From Nitrospirota bacterium (GTDB lineage: Bacteria > Nitrospirota > Thermodesulfovibrionia > Thermodesulfovibrionales > Dissulfurispiraceae): a stretch of DNA of 11,376 nt. Every line of letters starts with the position of its first letter. Position 1 is the first letter of the stretch. Both the position numbers and the translations under genes were made by a program. Shown piece after piece: positions 8,019-11,376 of this stretch. A model generated the notes under the pieces. That model was given only the letters and a program-made list of their open reading frames with translations, was not told where the DNA came from and did not search any database. Location of the stretch: the NCBI GenBank assembly GCA_040758355.1, contig JBFLWF010000053.1, positions 1 to 11,376 on the forward strand, written 5' to 3'.

Positions 8019-9275
8019 ATGGGAGGTTGTCTGAAAGCATATCTTGTTCTCATTCTCTGTCTTTACATACTTAAGGAAGCCTTTGAATATCTTGTTCAAT
8101 ATCTCAATCTCAGGCATATGAGAAAGGCTGGAGCTACAATCCCGCTTGAGTTTGAGGGGAAGGTTGATGAAGCATTGTTGAAAAAGATCCAAGAATATGA
8201 GGCTGATAAAACTAAATTCAGCTTTGCTTCATCCATATTCGGCAACATAATTACTATCGCATTTATCTTCGGTGGCCTGCTGAATATCTATAACTCGTGG
8301 ATAACATCGTTGAATCTTTCCTTTATCATTTCAGGCTGGCTTTTCTTCCTGCTCTTAACATATATTGGCGAATTTCTATCAGTGCCTTTCAGTCTTTACA
8401 GTACATTTAAGATAGAGAATAAATACGGATTCAATACCATGACAATGAGGTTGTGGCTGGCCGATTTTATAAAGTCACTTATTATCTCTACCATCATGAT
8501 GTCCCTTGTAATATTTGCAGGACTCTGGCTCATTCAATGGAGTCCTAATTACTGGTGGTTCTGGGTCTGGAGCTTCTTTTTTGTTTTCAGTATTTTTATC
8601 ATGTACATATCGCCTTATGTCATCGAGCCCCTCTTTAACAAATTCACGCCTATCGAGGATGAATCTCTCAAGGACAAAATCATCAGGCTGGCGGAAAAGG
8701 CCGGCATCCATGCAAGCAGGATTTTAAGGATAGATGCATCAAAGAGAAGTAAACATACAAATGCATATTTCACGGGTATAGGCAAAACAAAGAGGATTGT
8801 GCTTTATGACACATTGCTCGAAAGCATGAGCCACAATGAAATCCTCTCTGTGCTGGCGCATGAGATAGGGCATTGGAAAAAGAAACATCTGATAAAGACA
8901 CTTGCCGCATTCGAGATTTTTTCACTTGCGGCTATTTATATATCGCACAAGCTTGTTCAGGGCGATTTTTTATTAACGCTTTTCAATATCAGCGCAAACA
9001 CCATTTTTGCAAAGTTTATAATTCTTGCCTTTTGGGGAGGTATTATTTCGCTGTTACTGCAGCCGATTGTAAATTTCTTCAGCAGGAGGCATGAAAGGCA
9101 GGCTGACAGGGCATCGTATGAGTTGGCAAATGATGCAGAGAGCATGGTGAGTGCGCTGGTAAAGCTCTCGAAGGAAAATCTATCAAATCTCTATCCCCAT
9201 CCGCTTTATGCTGCTTTATACTATTCTCATCCGCCTATTCTGGATAGGATAAGGTATATAAAAAATTTGTCTTGA
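8019..9275 (+). CDS. M48 family (Ste24/CAAX-prenyl protease-like) membrane zinc metallopeptidase
   Basis: Multiple TM helices, NKYGFN, IDASKRSKHTNAYFTG, HEIGH zinc motif, SRRHERQAD and YSHPP. The real start may be CTG 8031. Confidence 0.95.
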   Translation: MGGCLKAYLVLILCLYILKEAFEYLVQYLNLRHMRKAGATIPLEFEGKVDEALLKKIQEYEADKTKFSFASSIFGNIITIAFIFGGLLNIYNSWITSLNLSFIISGWLFFLLLTYIGEFLSVPFSLYSTFKIENKYGFNTMTMRLWLADFIKSLIISTIMMSLVIFAGLWLIQWSPNYWWFWVWSFFFVFSIFIMYISPYVIEPLFNKFTPIEDESLKDKIIRLAEKAGIHASRILRIDASKRSKHTNAYFTGIGKTKRIVLYDTLLESMSHNEILSVLAHEIGHWKKKHLIKTLAAFEIFSLAAIYISHKLVQGDFLLTLFNISANTIFAKFIILAFWGGIISLLLQPIVNFFSRRHERQADRASYELANDAESMVSALVKLSKENLSNLYPHPLYAALYYSHPPILDRIRYIKNLS

Positions 9276-9792
9276 GTATCCTGAAGAATTCGTCCAGCAT
9301 TTCTTTTCTCAGGTCGACAATTTCATCAAGTTGTTTAATAAATATACGGTAAGGCTTTGCAGGGCCTTGTTCTATATGCTTAAGCAGTGCATCGCAGAAA
9401 TACCAGTTGCACCTGAAGGGTCTTACTGCCCTTTCTATGGTGCATCCGAATTCTGATAAGAACTGACAGGGGTCAGTATCGCTTACGCCTTCTTTATAAG
9501 TTGGAGGCTTCAGTCCCAGGGCATGGATGTATATGAGGTCTTCGTAATCGTAATATCCATGCTTGTTTATGCAGCAGACCTTTTCGCAGTTCGGGCAGAC
9601 AATAGAGGTATTTTGCTGGATGAAGGAATCGATTCCATCGATTCTGTATTTTATTATTCTTGCAAGGTCTTTCACATGGGCAAGCTCGTCGCTGTGTTCA
9701 GATGAGAATTTTTTTAAAAGCCCTATTCCTTTATCCCAATCAGACCTCTTGTGCCATGACAGTTCATGGTTGAGTAAATTCAATAGTGTCAT
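9235..9792 (-). CDS. Cys-cluster protein, YkgJ/FliB (CxxCxxCC)-like, 185 aa
   Basis: CPNCEKVCC...CQFLSEFGC...RPFRCNWYFC. The first 149 aa of the 334-aa ORF-track call lie upstream of ATG 9792 and are mostly antisense to other genes, so the start is placed at 9792. Confidence 0.78.
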   Translation of the reverse strand: MTLLNLLNHELSWHKRSDWDKGIGLLKKFSSEHSDELAHVKDLARIIKYRIDGIDSFIQQNTSIVCPNCEKVCCINKHGYYDYEDLIYIHALGLKPPTYKEGVSDTDPCQFLSEFGCTIERAVRPFRCNWYFCDALLKHIEQGPAKPYRIFIKQLDEIVDLRKEMLDEFFRILKTNFLYTLSYPE

Positions 9793-9828
9793 AGTTGTAT
9801 GGTATATTAAAAATACAATGAAGTGCAA
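9793..9828. promoter_or_regulatory. overlapping divergent promoters, probably leaderless
   Basis: Minus strand: TTGCAC (9828-9823), N18, TACCAT (9804-9799), N6, ATG. Plus strand: TG-G-TATATT (9800-9808), N9, ATG 9818. Neither gene has an SD. Confidence 0.5.
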
Positions 9829-9985
9829 CGAATGCAATGGCGAACTAAGGCTTATTATCGGCTGAAAGACCGTGTATTTCCGCTGCATGGAGTGCGGCAG
9901 GGAGTTCAAGGTCTCGGAGTATATAGATGAAATCGACAGCGATACATGGGACAGGATAGCACTGAGACCATGCAATCGTGCATAA
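9818..9985 (+). CDS. dual-CxxC small selenoprotein (55 aa, in-frame UGA read as Sec at codon 16)
   Basis: MKCNECNGELRLIIG-U-KTVYFRCMECGREFKVSEYIDEIDSDTWDRIALRPCNRA*. TGA 9863-9865 lies between two CxxC motifs, and the frame stays open to TAA 9983-9985, just before the next gene's SD. A SECIS-like hairpin follows the TGA. Confidence 0.85.
9877..9904 (+). promoter_or_regulatory. putative bacterial SECIS element
   Basis: TTTCC-GCTGCA-[TGGAG]-TGCGGC-A-GGGAG hairpin begins 11 nt after the UGA. The apical loop is 22 nt downstream of the UGA and has G at loop position 2. Confidence 0.7.
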
Positions 9986-9995
9986 AAGGAGAGAT

Positions 9996-10565
9996 ATGGA
10001 TAAACATTTAACAAGGCTTGCCGAGATATACAAGGCAATAGACAATCTTTACGATGCAGCCATGAGGCATTACGATTTTCGCTGTGAGGGATGTGTTGAT
10101 AACTGCTGTGTGACAAAGTTCTATCATCACACAAATATAGAAGAACTTTATCTATCAGAGGGGTTAAAAAAGCTTGACGAAGATAAAAAGAAAGAGATTT
10201 TATTACGGGCAGAAGATGTTGTGAAGATTCATAATTCATCCCCAGATGATGTAAGGGTTATGTGTCCTCTCAATGAAAACGGTCTGTGCATAGTATATGA
10301 GCATCGGCCCATGATATGCAGGATTCACGGCGTGCCTTATCAGATGTTCAAGAAAAATATGTCTATAGAATTCGGCACGGGATGCTATAAGTTCATTAAC
10401 GAAAAGCTGAATGAAAATATGCAGTATTTCATGTTCAACCGCACTGTTTTTTATGTGGAAATGGCAAAGGTGGAGAAGGAATTGAGGGAGAGCCTTAATC
10501 TTACAGAAGATTATAAGAAGACCACAGCAGAGAAGGTTGTGAGCATATTAAAACCAAAGTCATGA
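9996..10565 (+). CDS. YkgJ family Cys-cluster protein (CxxCxxxCC), 189 aa
   Basis: CEGCVDNCC...CPLNENGLCIVYEHRPMICRIHG...C. AAGGAG SD before ATG 9996, preferred over the GTG at 9978. Confidence 0.88.
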   Translation: MDKHLTRLAEIYKAIDNLYDAAMRHYDFRCEGCVDNCCVTKFYHHTNIEELYLSEGLKKLDEDKKKEILLRAEDVVKIHNSSPDDVRVMCPLNENGLCIVYEHRPMICRIHGVPYQMFKKNMSIEFGTGCYKFINEKLNENMQYFMFNRTVFYVEMAKVEKELRESLNLTEDYKKTTAEKVVSILKPKS

Positions 10566-10571
10566 AGTATG

Positions 10572-10870
10572 ATAGGCAGGATTGGTTTGAACGAAATTCG
10601 ATATTTTTCGGTAACGGTTCTTAGCGAAATGGAGCGTCAGGCAATGGTATAATCTCTCCGCTTCATTCTCGAATGGCATCCAGCCATTCTCCGAAGCAAA
10701 GACAGCCCGCTTAGGCATCCATGCCACGCTTGGGCTGTCCAAGTCGCTCCGAGACCATACCATTGCCTGACAGCCGCAACTGTCTGAGCGAAGCGAGTTT
10801 TGCGGCTGTAGCGGAATGAGCTTAGAACTGTCGAAAAGTATCGTCTGGAGTGAAAGCCGATCCTGCCTAT
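10572..10870 (+). repeat. ~300-nt multi-branched fold-back element (MITE/REP-like or structured ncRNA)
   Basis: Nested inverted repeats: 10572-10588/10854-10870, 10599-10610/10832-10843, 10614-10621/10824-10831, 10636-10650/10757-10771 (perfect 15 bp), 10671-10677/10683-10689, 10701-10708/10732-10739, 10770-10779/10800-10809. Confidence 0.75.
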
Positions 10871-10897
10871 TAAGAGACTGATGCAAGGAGGTAATTT

Positions 10898-11284
10898 ATT
10901 TCTCATATCATCATAGACGGGTACAATGTAATCGGGATTTTCCATAAAGACATGGAAAAGGCGAGGGACGGGTTTGTCAATCTGCTGATAGATTACAAAA
11001 AGATAAAGGCTCATGACATCACAGTGGTTTTTGACGGCTATAAAAACGGCGCAGGCACCGAACATGTAGCAGTCCGCGGCGGTGTGAAGATAATTTATTC
11101 ACGGCTTGGAGAAAGGGCGGATGACGTTATCAAGAGGATTATATCGAAGGACAGAAAGGAATGGATTGTGGTAAGCAATGACAGGGATATTGCAAATCAT
11201 TCATGGAGCGTAAACTCGATTCCGGTGCCATCAGAAAGTTTTTTTGAGATGGTCTTCCCCCGATTTTTTGGACACTCGGCTTAG
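10898..11284 (+). CDS. YacP/Rae1-like NYN-domain ribonuclease, probable ATT start, C-terminus replaced by IS sequence
   Basis: In frame with the 10952 ORF: (I/M)SHIIIDGYNVIG...ITVVFDG...YSRLGERADDVI...VVSNDRDI are NYN/PIN acidic motifs. AAGGAGGT SD at 10885-10892. The last ~10 codons derive from the IS end. Confidence 0.8.
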   Translation: MSHIIIDGYNVIGIFHKDMEKARDGFVNLLIDYKKIKAHDITVVFDGYKNGAGTEHVAVRGGVKIIYSRLGERADDVIKRIISKDRKEWIVVSNDRDIANHSWSVNSIPVPSESFFEMVFPRFFGHSA

Positions 11285-11376
11285 TTAGGCTACCATTGCC
11301 TCCAGCTCAAAAGATACCGGTGAACGGTATCCTAAGGCTGAATGCCGTCTTTGCCTATTATAGAACACTTCGATAT
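11250..11376 (-). mobile_element. IS3-family insertion sequence, right end (partial)
   Basis: Terminal IR-like TGGTCTTCCCCCGATTTTTTGGACAC (11250-11275; 5'-TG end typical of the IS3 family) next to a transposase C-terminus. Confidence 0.88.
11285..11374 (-). CDS. IS3-family transposase OrfB C-terminus (partial)
   Basis: Manual translation IEVFYNRQRRHSALGYRSPVSFELEAMVA* contains the YNxxRxHSxLGYxSP signature of the IS3 integrase core. Confidence 0.9.
   Translation of the reverse strand: MEVFYNRQRRHSALGYRSPVSFELEAMVA

Noticed and set aside
508..9145. Many short ORF-track calls antisense to or nested in the main genes
   Set aside because: Shadow frames of well-supported CDSs with no independent signals.
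9563..9865. 100-aa plus-strand ORF ending at the TGA
   Set aside because: Mostly antisense shadow. Only its last 15 sense codons (from ATG 9818) belong to the selenoprotein.
9793..10239. 149-aa N-terminal extension of the 334-aa minus-strand ORF
   Set aside because: It is antisense to the selenoprotein and YkgJ genes, has atypical composition, and promoter geometry favours ATG 9792.
10562..10624. 20-aa ORF MKYDRQDWFERNSIFFGNGS coupled by ATGA overlap, or Sec read-through of the YkgJ TGA
   Set aside because: It runs through the element's left arm with no SD or motif. The TGA is at a natural C-terminus with no Cys-like context.
10560..11065. Minus-strand ORFs of 108 and 142 aa
   Set aside because: No recognisable motifs. 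They overlap the fold-back element and the NYN gene antisense.

Overview
Bacterial chromosomal window; gene content looks like an anaerobic Nitrospirota/Desulfobacterota-type organism (inference only). It starts at the end of an rRNA operon (23S 3' end, 5S, bidirectional terminator). On the minus strand follow a hybrid sensor kinase with a PhnD-like periplasmic binding protein, an unlisted 52-aa Cys-motif protein, a GDPD and an SDR. Next come a Cys-motif hypothetical protein with a SAM methyltransferase, pfkA and an M48/Ste24 peptidase. The right end is the most interesting part. A 55-aa dual-CxxC protein with an in-frame UGA and a downstream SECIS-like hairpin (probable selenoprotein, missed by the ORF track) lies between two YkgJ/FliB-like Cys-cluster genes. 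It is followed by a ~300-nt multi-branched fold-back element and a YacP/Rae1-like NYN nuclease gene that appears to start at AUU. An IS3-family element interrupts the 3' end of that nuclease gene and runs off the window.
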